Shown piece after piece: positions 49,001 to 61,169 of a stretch of 64,000 bases of DNA. Within the stretch, counting starts at the first letter, position 1; each line of letters opens with the position of its first letter. The translations under genes were made by a program, and so were the position numbers. The notes under the pieces are model-generated. The model was given only the letters and a program-made list of their open reading frames with translations. It searched no databases and had not been told where the DNA came from. Source of the stretch: Hemiscyllium ocellatum (Eukaryota). The stretch is taken from contig NW_026867509.1 in assembly GCF_020745735.1 (NCBI RefSeq), positions 868,001-932,000 on the forward strand. Direction: 5' to 3'.

Positions 49001-51014
49001 TGTACGTTAGATGAGGACATGAAGTTAACAGTGAGGTAACCAATTCAGTTTTACAAATGCTCTGAAACTTTCGATGTGAACATCAATCCCATATAATGCA
49101 CAGTAGCAGCACAATACCCAGTGTTCCCTATATGATCTAACCAGGGTTTTGTACATCAGCAGCCAACCTGACTTTCCGTCTTCTCTATCACAGCCACCAT
49201 AATAGGTTGTGTATGAACAAAGATTATTTTGAACGCTGACTGATATAAATTAAGGTGTATTGAACATGAAAAAATATCTTAAAATGGACATCAAATTTGA
49301 ACTTAACTTTTTGAATTCATACACAGAGTTGCACAGCACAGAAATGGACAGTTTGGCTTGACTTGTTCATGCTAAACAGATGTTATAAATTGATTGTGTC
49401 TCATTTGCTGGAATTTGATCGATATCTTCCAAAACTCTTCCTATTCATGTACCCATCCAAATGACTTGCAAATGTCCTAATTGTACCCACCTCCAATTGT
49501 TCCTCTTGTAGCTAATTACACTCATGCACCACCGGAACACCCTTTTTTTTACGCTATTATTATTTCACAAACAGTATCAGAGACCAGACTGCAAGCCAAG
49601 ATTTTGTTGGGTATGGAAAATGCGTTAATAAACACAAACTCTGTATATGCCCTGAAACTACGTGAAATCAAATTCAAAAACATTACCTTTTATCTCACAA
49701 TATCTCCTGTCCATGTCCGGACCGTAGCAATAGCATCATGAGCAATGCAATACCGACTTGATCATGAGCCCTAAATATTGTGAAAGACGCATGCACGATA
49801 AGGTTACTTGGTCTCTGGCAAATATGAAAGAAAGCAAAACGTGGGAGAGTCATTGGAGGTGGTTGCAGGAGCGTGGAGCTTTCATAAACACCGAGTGCAG
49901 ACCTCAAACCTCGAATAATGCACTCATGGCCCTGTTTTGACAGCCACTAACCTGAAGCTATTCGGCCAAGTATCTCAGCGACAAGCCTTGCCTAATGGTT
50001 GACATCATTTTTGGTGGGGTGCAATGACTATCAGCGTACATGCGCGCTAATTCTGAGTTCAGAGAGGAACGCCACGAATATCTCTGCAAAACGGACGGGG
50101 ATGAAGTTTATAAAATCGTTTTGTTGGGGATTTATCCACGGGGAATTTAAACCAAGAGGAATGGTGAAGGAAGACTGGAAGTACAAAGAAATTCATGCCT
50201 GGCAGAATCTTTGGAGGGACACGCAGCGTTCCTAATAAGGTACATGAGTTGCTGAACTTGAAATGTTCGTCCTAATTTACCCTACAAACATGATGCTGGG
50301 CCAATTATGCTACTCTTTCATTTCAGATCTCCAAAACTTGCAGTATTGCATACTTGTTCAAGAGAAATATTTGTCACTTCTGCATTTCTATTCAGAACTG
50401 GTATTGAAGGCCTTAATTATGTTTTTTTTTTCTGCAGTACCTTTGAAGCAGAGAGTTTATCACTGAGAAGCTGAGCTCAGCCGTCACATCAAGATACGAC
50501 ACAGGGATGTGAAATTCTTCAAGATCTGAACATCATTTGTTTTGAAGTTGGAACACAAATGTCCATTTATTCTGTCTGTCGGCAACACTGCAAGGAACAG
50601 TAAGAGCCATTGGGTGGAGACGCAACTTCAATGGGTATGAATGGATTGGAGGCAGATAAATTGCAATCACTATGATGGGTGAACATTGTACTGCTTTCAA
50701 GCAGAAATAGTTCTGACAAGATCAAGGTATATTCTCATCAACGGTGGACACAGTGGTCACAAAGCCAATGCTGTCTTGATGACAAAATAAAGAGAGAAAT
50801 TGACATTCTCAAGAAAAAGTCACTTGTTGATAAGCTTGAGTTTGATAGGTTAATGATAACCAGGATAAATTTGGACTCATTCGACAGAAGTGAATAAATA
50901 AATGTCAGAAGCGGAAACAAAGTTTCAAAAGATTGTCAAGCTAACTTGGCGGTGAAGCAAAAGCTCTTCAATAGGTATGTAACCAATAAATGTGCAATTA
51001 AATGAACATAAATT

Positions 51015-51640
51015 GAGTGTGGAGAAGCTTTCAAAAGATCATCCAAACTGGAGAGATTCAATTTTACCTGCACCAGAGATTGTGGAAAAGGGTTCAAATA
51101 CCCGTCCGAGTTGGAAATTTATCAACAAAATCACACTGAGTAGAAGCAATTCATTTGTTTGAAGTATGGAAAGGGATTTATTTGGTATTCACATATGCTG
51201 ACATCTTAGCGGTTTCACGCTGAAGAGGAAAGAGACATTTTAAATCTCCAAATTGCGAGAATTTCTCTAAAAGTTCTAGTGAACTGAATTTTCATCAACG
51301 TGTTCATGAGGACAAGAGACAATTCGTCTTATCTCTCTGTAGCACTAGGTTCAAGTGATCATCTCAACTCGTTGTACATCTGCGGGTTCATGCCACATGA
51401 CATCATTCTCCCACTATGACTGTGGGAAAACATTTACCACTTCATCCAAACATTTGGCACACCAATGATTCGTATTGTGAATAGACCACTCTCCTGTCTT
51501 GGGTGGGGGAAGGATTTCACTAATTCATCTGAACTGGTGATTCGTCAGCGTCTTCACTCTAGAACAACGCCGGTTTTTTTTTTGCCATAAATGTGGGAAA
51601 TGATTCATTTTCATCCAATCTCGTCATACAGTAACAAATT
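51015..51640 (+). pseudogene. Decayed C2H2 zinc-finger array
   Basis: [60 protein letters not shown] and further degenerate fingers, with stops and frameshifts. Confidence 0.85.
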
Positions 51641-51709
51641 CACAAATTAGATATCATTCATATCTTATAACAAACTGTTATATGTCTTGGGGTACACAAT
51701 GAATCAATC

Positions 51710-51882
51710 CTAAAGATGTGCAGGTCAGGTGAATTGACTGTGCTAAATTACCCGTAGTGTTAGGTACGTAAGGGGTAAATGTAAGGGAATGGGTCTGGGT
51801 GGGTTACCCTTTAGTGGTCAGTGTGGACTTGTTGGGCTGAAGGGCCTGTTTCATTTCTGTAGGAAATCTAATCTAATCTAAA
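51710..51882 (+). mobile_element. HE1-type SINE 3' half
   Basis: AAAGATGTGCAGGTCAGGTGAATTG...GGACTTGTTGGGCTGAAGGGCCTGTTTC...(AATCT)n matches 25855-26018. Confidence 0.88.
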
Positions 51883-52987
51883 TACTTCGAAGAAGATCTA
51901 TTTTAGATTGATCGTTGAGAAGATGGCCACAGAGACATCCAAGGTGTCAAACTGACCATGCAGTTTCCACTTGTGCAGACTACGATTCCAAACTTTGTGG
52001 CTGGAGGGGTGTCACCAGGAAAGAGTTTTCCACTTACCTGATGTGATTTGATTTTTTTTTACTTGGGCATCGATGATCTGGTGGTATATTTTAATGGTAG
52101 TTGGATGGAAGTTTAGGGAGATATGAGGGACAATACATTAACCAAATGACTTGCGAATGTTCAATTCACTGCCTTTCAGGGTGGTGGAGGAGAAACTCAA
52201 AAGACATTTAACAAGAATTTAGAAGGTCACACACAATGTCAATAAATGTCTTCAATATCAGTGATCCTGAAAATAAGTCCATTTGTTTTAGCTTCCTTTA
52301 CATAGTCCTACAATGCGCCCATGCCTTCCTGAAACGAGAAGCGTTCTGGACTTGGAAGCCAACATATTCTAATATTGACATTTTTGTTTAGCTCCATGAT
52401 TATAATCATTCCTGTCGATGTAATCTCTGCAGAAGCATAACCTTCTAAAATATCTGCATTCATCTCATTCAGGTCTGTTATGCATTCTTGATTACTTCAT
52501 GACTGAGGGCCATTCTTTTGTTTTGCACATGTAAAATGCTCGAGAAGTTCCTGGTTAAAGTGTTCCTCCTGCATACACCCCTTTCCTCCTTAAAAACACC
52601 CCTGAACGAATTCCCCCATGACCAACCTATCTGTCAGCTGTTCTAATATCATCTAGGCAAAAAACGCAAGACATTCCCGACCTGGATACCTGAAACAACA
52701 ACAAAAATTGCTGTAGAAACTCAGCATGCCTGGCAATGTCTGTGGAAGAGAAAGGTTCTAATTAAGAATAACTGTTCTCCAGAACTGAAGAGACGTGGAA
52801 CATTGGTGGAATTTAGATTGTACAGAAGGGTATGTAATCAGTTTCTCCTCAGTGTGGATTTGTTGATGTTTCAGTGTGGATGACTGAGTGAATCTCTTCC
52901 ACAGTTCAGGCAGGTCAAAAGCTTTGTTTCAGTTTGATACCACCAAACCCCTACGGCGACAATAAATCCTGCAGTTTCTGAACAAAG

Positions 52988-54302
52988 ATGCATGAGCCAG
53001 CCATTGCGCCATTCCTCATTTTCTATTCAATTGTTGCAGCTATCGCTGGCCCTGGTGTTACTGATGTTCGAGAGAATCGATTAATTCATCATGTTTTTCC
53101 AGAAATTTATTCTTTTCCCTTCCAGAATTCGGTAGCATTTTCTCAACATGCAACTCCTTGATTTTAAGGCACATCCACAGGTCTCCAATCCGTATAATAC
53201 ATCATGCAATAATATCTGTGCTACGGCAAATCATTATGAATTGCTTCCGATTTCAGTATAATAAAGAGAACTGCGTTATTCAATTTTGAATGCTGTAAAC
53301 TTTTCTGAAATCATTTACAATTATTAGATATCTCGTGCAAAATTAGAAACTTAGTGCAGTATCAATCATCTAGCAATACACGTGATGAAGTAACAGCAGT
53401 CCGAAATCTTCTTATTTCAAACAAACCCGTTGGAAAATAACCTGGGCAACTGTCATATCTGACTTTCTCCACCCCAGTCTAACATTGCATCATCACATCA
53501 TCTATCAATGAGATCAGTCCACGAAATGAAATCGCTCTCCAGTGACTGAGTCAATGTTAAGTAGCCACTTGTCTAATTCGGAATAACAAGAATAATGTAG
53601 TTGCCATGAACATATTCATATGAAGCACAGGCCATGTTTCATACCACATCGTGTTAAATCGCAGACAACTTTCAGGCAATTATAATCCTATTGCAAGAAT
53701 GGTGCTGTCTCTCGAGGTGTATCACCTACTACCTGGTGGCAATTACAGTGAGTGATTTCCTCGTCTTGTCCACCATTCCTGTGTGCACTCTTAGCATCGT
53801 ATTGGTCAATGCCACTCTGGATTGCTCGGTCTGGCTGACAGTGGCCTTTACCATCGATCGCTTCGCAGCCATCTGCTACCAGAAACAGAAGACCAGCTAC
53901 AACAAAGAGCAGGCTGCATCACTGGTCAGAGAAATGGTCTGTGTTCTGAGTTGCCTCAAGATCATGCCTTTGTGCTTTAAATTTGTTCATTTTTTGATGG
54001 GGTACCCTAACTTTACGTATGCGTGGCTGAAAGCTAAGAGTGACTTTGATGGACTGGATTTCAGTAAACCGGAGTACATCTTTGATGAGAACACAAACAT
54101 ACAGTTCGCATTTGTTTATTCATTTCTTTCCCTCACTGTTTTGCTCTTCATGTCATTTTCCCATCTCTTCACTCCTTTCTCACAGCATTCCTTCCACGTT
54201 TCCGTCAGCACTGTCTCCCTGTTTGCCGTTATTTCTTTTCCGAGGGCTGTCTTATCTGCTCATTCTAGTCTCCAGTTCACGATGTTGTGCAGAGTAACGT
54301 GA
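52988..54302 (+). pseudogene. GPR139-like GPCR (lineage C), internally deleted: exon 1 52988-53054, exon 2 from 53665
   Basis: Exon 1 MHEPAIAPFLIFYSIVAAIAGP-G with weak donor GTGTTA. Exon 2 has CITYYLVAITVSDFLV and TIDRFAAIC, but lacks the end of TM2/ECL1, ECL2-TM6 and most of TM7. Confidence 0.85.
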
Positions 54303-54571
54303 TCTTCAAGAAGACCCATAACCCAATCCCTGTGTTTGAACTGTGTCCACAGTAAAGATGCATTCTGTTTATTGTTGAGTCTGCATGTTTTACATTTACT
54401 CTCCTGTTGAATTCCTCGGAGTCTTGAACATTGTAACGATATCATTAGATTCTGCCCCAGTTTCTACATCAGAACTTCGTTTTCCTGCATAAACAGGAAT
54501 ATATGCTAACCACAAAACCAAATTTCCAGAAAAACTCAACAGGTCTCTCAACGTTTTGGAGAAAAAGCTGA

Positions 54572-54607
54572 GTTGATATTTCCAGCCCAGTGACTGGTCC
54601 TCAGAAC
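54572..54607 (-). ncRNA. Minimal hammerhead ribozyme-like motif (variant) in a short Penelope-type terminal repeat
   Basis: GUU-CUGAGGA-C-CAGUC-ACUG-GGCUG-GAA-AUAU-C/AAC: core intact, 5-bp helix II, palindromic AUAU, helix I GUU/AAC, AUC triplet. The closing pair is C-G rather than the usual G-C. Confidence 0.55.
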
Positions 54608-54624
54608 GTCTCATTAAAATTTCT

Positions 54625-56070
54625 GCTATTTCAGTCTGTGTGGTCTCGCCAAAATACCATGTCTGAGGGCAACCTATCCTGCATCTTACGCGATAGACGA
54701 TGTTGGGCGAGTCACATGACTAAGTGCCGTCCACCTGGCGGGTGGCGGCCCCACTTTTAGTTGTAATATCTATGTCAACACTCTGACACGCTTTGCAGTG
54801 GTGTTGAATTCAATGTCGTCCGGAAGGCTAGGCATTTGTCTGCAAGCTGTGGTTTGGTTATGCAAACCTATCACGACAACCACTGCAAGACGTGTCAGAA
54901 TGTCGAAATAAATATTATCATTACAAGTGCGGACACTACCCACCTGGTGCGTGGCAGATATTGATGAGACTCAGCCAACATTCTTTATCTGAAATGTTGC
55001 AGAAAGGAGGCATATATTGGTGAGAGCAAGCGCACGTTGCAACAAGAGATGAATGGATACCACACAACCATTGCCAGACAGCACTGGCCACTTCCAGCAC
55101 TTCAGGTGTCCAGAAGAATCAGCCTCGCATCTTCGGGTGTTTATCCTCCAAGGAAGACCTCGGCTTCGCAGCAACGCAGATTTGACGAGCAGATGCTGAA
55201 AGTCAACTTCAGTATTCATGAAATCAGCGTCAAACGGGGTCTTGGGTTCATGTCACACCACAGGGTACTCCACTGCAGATATATGCTCACACGCACACAC
55301 ACACACACACACACACAAACGCACACCAAATTACACAAACACGTGCACTCAGACACACGATCACATACTTTCTCTCAGACACAGACACACACACTCATGC
55401 ACTCACACTCATTCGCACAACATCTGAGAAGCATATACTCTGTCACACTCAGGCACACACTCTACCAAACACACGCAGGCACGCGCGCACACACACATGC
55501 ATATTGTCTCCCACTCTACACCACACGTATGTTCTCTCTCTCTCCCTGATACCCATGTACACGCACATATAAATTTATGTGGTGAAATTGCATTTGCAGA
55601 TTTTCTTTGCAAATACATTCTATTTTGCTTAAAACACACAATTTGTAGGCAGTCAGTCCATGTGACATTTGAAAAATCCGACTTAGGAAACAGAACCAGA
55701 CTGACTTAACTTTGGGACACAGACAGACACTAACCACACATCGTTAATGTCTGAGCTGAGGTGTCAATGTTGTTTTTACAATAAAAAACTCAATATGTCT
55801 CGGGACTGTGACTTGAAAGCAGGTCTGGATTTATATATTAATCAATCAAAACCTACTTCCCCATTATAAGTGATTAAAGACTTAACAGAAATCCAGTTTT
55901 CTTTAATGCATCGCATCATTTGTATGATACTTTGATCTTTTACTGTAAATTCTGTGTTCTATGATCCTGCCACACTAGCTAACTGACGAAGGTGAAGCTC
56001 TCCAAAAGCTTGTTTTTTCAATTAAACTTATTGGAATGCAACCTGCTGCTATGTAATTTTTAACAGTCCA
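54625..56070. mobile_element. Paralogous copy of the head-to-head Penelope pair (minus arm ~54625-54845, plus arm ~54850-56070)
   Basis: Aligns with ~8420-9895, including the junction, CA-rich tract and decayed hammerhead CTGACGAAGGTGAAGCTCTCCAAAAGCTT (~55983). Confidence 0.85.
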
Positions 56071-57302
56071 ATATAATTATCCAGTCTAAGCTGGACTGAA
56101 GCCTCCCTTTGGCTTACACAAAATAAGTTATCACTTAGTTTCATGACATCAACAATTTTTGAATGACAATGACTGAGACAATCATTGTATAAATTGCTAA
56201 GCTCTGTCTCCCAGATTCTTACTTCAACTAATAACATTTGACCATCCTGAGGATAATCCATTCCCTTCTACAATTTGAATTCTCCTCATTAATTAATCAC
56301 AGCAACTTAACGTCAACATCGTTTTCTATAATATATTTACAGATTTCCTGTATGAGATGTTATCAAAAACTTTCAAAATAATGAAAACACAACACATCTG
56401 CTGGTTTCCCCTAATCGCAGCTACAATTAGCATCCACAAAACGAATTCCAGTGGGTTTGCCAAACAGTCCTTCCACTGTATAATTCCGTATTGACTCATG
56501 TCAAACATACCATTGTTACATAATGTCTACTTATCATCTCCTTCATCATATGACCTGGCATTTCCTTATAATTGGAATTCAACAGTACTGTGGCCCCTGT
56601 TTTCTGATCTCGCCGTTCTTTTAGAATTGAGTTATTATCTTCTTTTTAACAATGCTCAGGCACTTTTCTGGAATTTCGAGAATTTCCAGTGGTAACCATC
56701 AGTGCACTCATTGTCTCTCCAGCCACCTCATGCAAGACTCTGGAATGGACCCGATTTGGCCCAGGAATTTATCAACCTTCAATGTGAGAAGTTTTCTGTT
56801 CTCAACATCCAAAAGATTTTCATGCTTTGGACTCCTCCTCAGATATCATCCATTATTGGTAAACAGACACTTCAAATTTTTGAAATTTACTTAAAGACGA
56901 ATGTTAAGAGAGCAAAACCGTAGAAGGAAAATCTTTCACGACTTTCACAACTAAAGATAGAAACAATTGGGGAAAATGCAGTGAAGGACTGAGATGTCCT
57001 TCAAATTAGGTATAAGACCTAAGCTCACCTATTGAAGTAGGAACTCTGTTTGATGGAGTGATCAAAACACGTGGAAGGGGGCTTCAGAATTTGGAGGTTG
57101 CTGTTCTCGATTTACGTGTGTGCAATTGTGCAATATTCCAATGTTACATAGCAGGCATGACATCGGACCAGAAACGAAGGTACATGTTGGAATGCAATTG
57201 ACACTCTCCAGACTCCGAAATTGTATAAATTAGAGACCTTTTTCTTTATGTCACGGAGATCAAGTGAGGAGTTTTGAGATTTCGATTAGTTTACAACAAG
57301 TG

Positions 57303-58762
57303 ATGCATGGCCCAGCGAATGTCTCGTTCAATGCCCTATATTATTCAGCGCTTGCTACTACTGGTGTCCCTGGTAAGTAACAGATTCTACGCATTTGTTT
57401 ATAAGTGCAAAAAAGTATTTTCTATTAAATTTCATGGCCTTTTTTTTTCTTCTGATAGTCACTGCTGAAGGAAACGCAGCCAAATCACCATGTATATGTA
57501 AAGTATTAAGTGACACTAACTTGCACGCGTTTGCAGTGTACAGCAATATTATATCTATTGAGCTGTTCTATTGAGCAATTAGTGAATAGCCGGTTATTAG
57601 ATTACTGGTTTGTGAATTGCAATACGTAATACTGCCTGAATAATAATGAGATTAGTTACACAAAATTAAATTATGTCATATTGTTGAAACGTCAAACTGC
57701 TCTTTTTGCTATTGTCTGGAATAATGCGCTATCATTGTCTTCGATACTTTAATACAGAGATGACACGATGATCCCGAAGAAAATTATTGCAGAAACGTCA
57801 TTATTTTAAGGATTAAAAGTATAAGTCGTGATTACTCAATTCAGTTCGATAATAGATTTAAATTGCCCCCAGTCAACCTGCTAGCGATCATCATACTATT
57901 ACAAGGACAGTGCGGACTTTCTGGGTGCACAACCTTTCCCTGAATGAGGACAACAGTGAGTGATTTTCTTGTGATCATCACTGAGTGCATCCTGAATCGG
58001 ACTGGCGACACTTACTTTCGACACAGTGTCCTGTCCACGACGACTACCTGTACAGTACGCACCGTGATGATCTATGCCAGTCGGGATGGCTCAGTCTGGC
58101 TAACTGTTGAATTCACCATCAACCGTTTCGTCGTTACTAGCTGCTGAAGTCTGAAGACAAGTTACTGAATCAAAAAAACTGCATCACTGCTCTTCGGAGT
58201 GGTTTGCATCATGAGATGCATCAAGAACCTGCCTTCCTACTTCGTCTACCAACCCTTGTACATTGTGGACGTGGTGTCCTGGTTCTGTGACTTCAGAGAC
58301 TCGTACTTAAATTCTGCATGGAAATCCTATGAGTGGTTGAATCACATCTTGACGCCTATTGTCTCATTCCTCCTTATTCTGCACCTAAATGCTGTGACTG
58401 TTAGATACACCTTGGTGGCCAGCAGTGCCCGAAGCAGACTCAGAGGCACAGCGGGCCACAGAAACTCAGAGAAGGCCAAGTGCAAGAGGTCCAACAGACT
58501 GCTCTTCACCATCTCGATCAGCTTCCTCCTTCTAAGGGTCACCTATGTCGGGCGCTTCCCCTATGTGCCGCTTGCAGTTGAGGCATACTTCAGCGGCTTG
58601 GATTTCACTAACCCACAGTTCATTCTCCAGAGAATCGACGAACATCTGCAGATACTAAGTTCTTGCAACAACGTCTTCATTTATGCAATATCCCAGAGCA
58701 AGTTCTGAGATGAACTAAACAAGGTGATGTTGTCTCCCTTCACATCTCTCGCTGTGTGCAAA
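57303..58762 (+). pseudogene. GPR139-like GPCR pseudogene (lineage B, paralogue of the intact gene): exons 57303-57372 and 57873-~58762
   Basis: Splice sites are intact (GTAAGT, GCCCCCAG). In-frame TGA at 57941, 58145, 58166 and 58706, plus a short compensated frameshift near ILQRIDEHLQ. Confidence 0.93.
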
Positions 58763-59731
58763 CAATGTTATCATGTTTTCCGTCAATCAAGGGGGCTCAG
58801 TGTGTAACACATTCTCTCCCTATCGAAATTAAATGACATTTGTGCGCTCATGCTTCTGTACTAGAATTGTGGACAGTGTATTTATCAGCCTTGACATACT
58901 CTGTTACTAATACTCATGGAAAATAAAACTAGCAGAAGATGTATTTTTAAGGATGAGGAAGTCACCTGTGGTCCATGCCTGTCATGATTATTTTACATGG
59001 CCAATGGTCCGAGCTATATCATTTGATATTCATTTCTTTCTCTCCTCCGCCCCTTCCCTCTCGGTCGCCATTCTTACGTTACTTCCGTTTTCTCCCTCAT
59101 TCGTGTCTCAGCACTATTTCATCTATTTATTTGAATCGTTCACGTTGTCTTTCAATTTGACACAATCCTGATGAATAGCTCATTATGTCCTCAACAATGA
59201 CCTCAACAGTTTTCATGTTTTCGCTGGATTACATAATTGATGCTTCTCTTGGTAAAACTCAAATTTAGTTAAAGCCTTTCACAGTATTTGCAGTTCCAAA
59301 GAACACAGCCCCGTCGCCCTTCCCCACTCCAGCAAAATCTCCCCTCGCTAAACCTCGTCATAAACACATATATTCTGCACCTGAAGTCAAATGCGTGCTA
59401 TTTCCTTTAGCTACAAGAAAATCAAGGTTAATTTCATGATTTCCCAATGTTAGGTTTTGATCAATAATATGCAGGACGAACAGAAACGATGTTTCGTTTG
59501 TGCTTTAGACAATTAACTCATTTGCCAGGTCCTGCTTGTCGTTCCTCGCCTTACCATCTATGAAGGTTCTTAATGTGGTAAGGCATTCAGATAAATTACG
59601 TGCGGCGATTTTCAGTGACTAATATATGATGTTTCTTCTACTTGTTCTGCAATAACAATTACATTACCATGCAGACAAACAATTGCTCCTCGATTGCAAG
59701 TATTGTGGACATCTTCATTGTTATTTATCTG

Positions 59732-59869
59732 NNNNNNNNNNNNNNNNNNNNNNNNNNNNNNNNNNNNNNNNNNNNNNNNNNNNNNNNNNNNNNNNNNNNN
59801 NNNNNNNNNNNNNNNNNNNNNNNNNNNNNNNNNNNNNNNNNNNNNNNNNNNNNNNNNNNNNNNNNNNNN
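59732..59869. other. Assembly gap (138 N)
   Basis: Run of N. The flanks align to 13548 and 13600 in the paralogue, which has only ~51 nt between them. Confidence 1.
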
Positions 59870-60489
59870 TCTTGGGAATTGAACATCTCCACCAAGGTTG
59901 TTGCGTATTCTTCATGCTGCAGTGGCGGTTGGACTGACACAAGTTTCAACAAACGTGCAGGATGAAAATCGAACAGAAGAGATTAATTGAACACCAACCT
60001 TTAATTTGACATGTTCGTATCGGTGAGATTTGTGTCACCAAAAAAATTAGGGCATGATCTTATTGAATGTTGGAGCAGGCTCGAAAGGTCGGATGGCCTT
60101 CTCCTGCTCCTCGTTCTTATGTTCTTATGTTCTTATAAAAGTCAACTGGGACACGCAGTTTTCTGATGAAGAATTAGTGGACTCAAAATTTTAACTCTGT
60201 TTTCTCCTGACAGGTGCTGCCAGACCGGCTGAGTTTCATCAGCAAGTTTTGTTTGGCTTCAGATTTCAGCATTCACATGTCTTATTTTATTGTTCCAGAA
60301 CAGACAACAAAAATTAAATACAAACTAATGATTGTTCTGACAATACATTTGAAAGTTCTGAACATAAAGCGGACATTGACAAAAACCGCACTTTATTGTT
60401 TATGCAACTCGACGAGTTGACAAAGGGGCGGAAATTAATCTTTCCTGTGTTGCACCTGCCGCACAATAGTTTGTGCAGACACCTGAGTA

Positions 60490-61030
60490 AGACAATCGCA
60501 AATTGTCACATCATCCAAGAGGCATTCCAGCCATTTTGTTGTTCAGCAATTTGCGCACTGAATTCAGTTATAACAGTGACCAGATATGAAGACCATCAAA
60601 AAAAATTCAAAGTGCTTCAAATCACCAATAGACCCAACATCCAAGTTACCGACCCTTAGATCCCACTCCGCTAGTCTGGACATGGGACAGCATGCCTAAG
60701 CTATGACTATGAAAACAAATCATCTTCACTGTGTTCAAAGGAGTACACCAACGTCAAAGGAAACATTTCAAAGACATCCTGAAGACTTCCCTCCAGAAAT
60801 AGAAGAGATGTGAACAACTGGAAGACCGTCTTTCTATTGCATCCAGGTGCACAACTTCCAAGCTGAAACTTGGAACAGGAATTGTAGAAAGGAATGCCAC
60901 CAATGTCGAACACAAAACGTAATTCCAACTCCCTCAGCAATGACCAAATTCATGGAATTAAGTGTGAATCTTGGAGTTGGTAGGAGTCATGCCACAACCC
61001 ACAGAAAAGTGGCGACTATCCTGGAATTTT
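60490..61030 (+). mobile_element. Probable RTE-clade LINE 3' fragment
   Basis: Decayed PLR*SGH...KQIIF...QRKHFKDILKTSLQK resembles the RTE/BovB RT C-terminal motif (LRW.GH...QRKRFKD.LK.SL). Confidence 0.55.
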
Positions 61031-61169
61031 CTCGTCTGAAATCGAACGCCTTAATGAGTGATATGAGAATCGTGACCAGGTTAGACACATTGCAACATCC
61101 ACCAGAACATGGTGGAGTGACACCTATATCCAGCTGGGGAGCAGTCAGATGTGCTGTTCGTTGCATCAC

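Larger units (their letters stand above)
54625..60490 (+). repeat. Segmental duplicate of ~8420-14230 (Penelope pair, promoter, lineage-B GPCR, 3' flank)
   Basis: Collinear similarity throughout: 11147/57303 exon 1, 11698/57873 exon 2, 13270/59470, 13880/60140, 14100-14200/60360-60470. Confidence 0.92.

Noticed and set aside
49690-49770. Signal-peptide-like minus-strand stretch (VGIALLMMLLLRSGHGQEIL) near a GTAATG donor
   Set aside because: In-frame stop before the donor, no in-frame upstream ATG, and phase incompatible with the exon at 48098.
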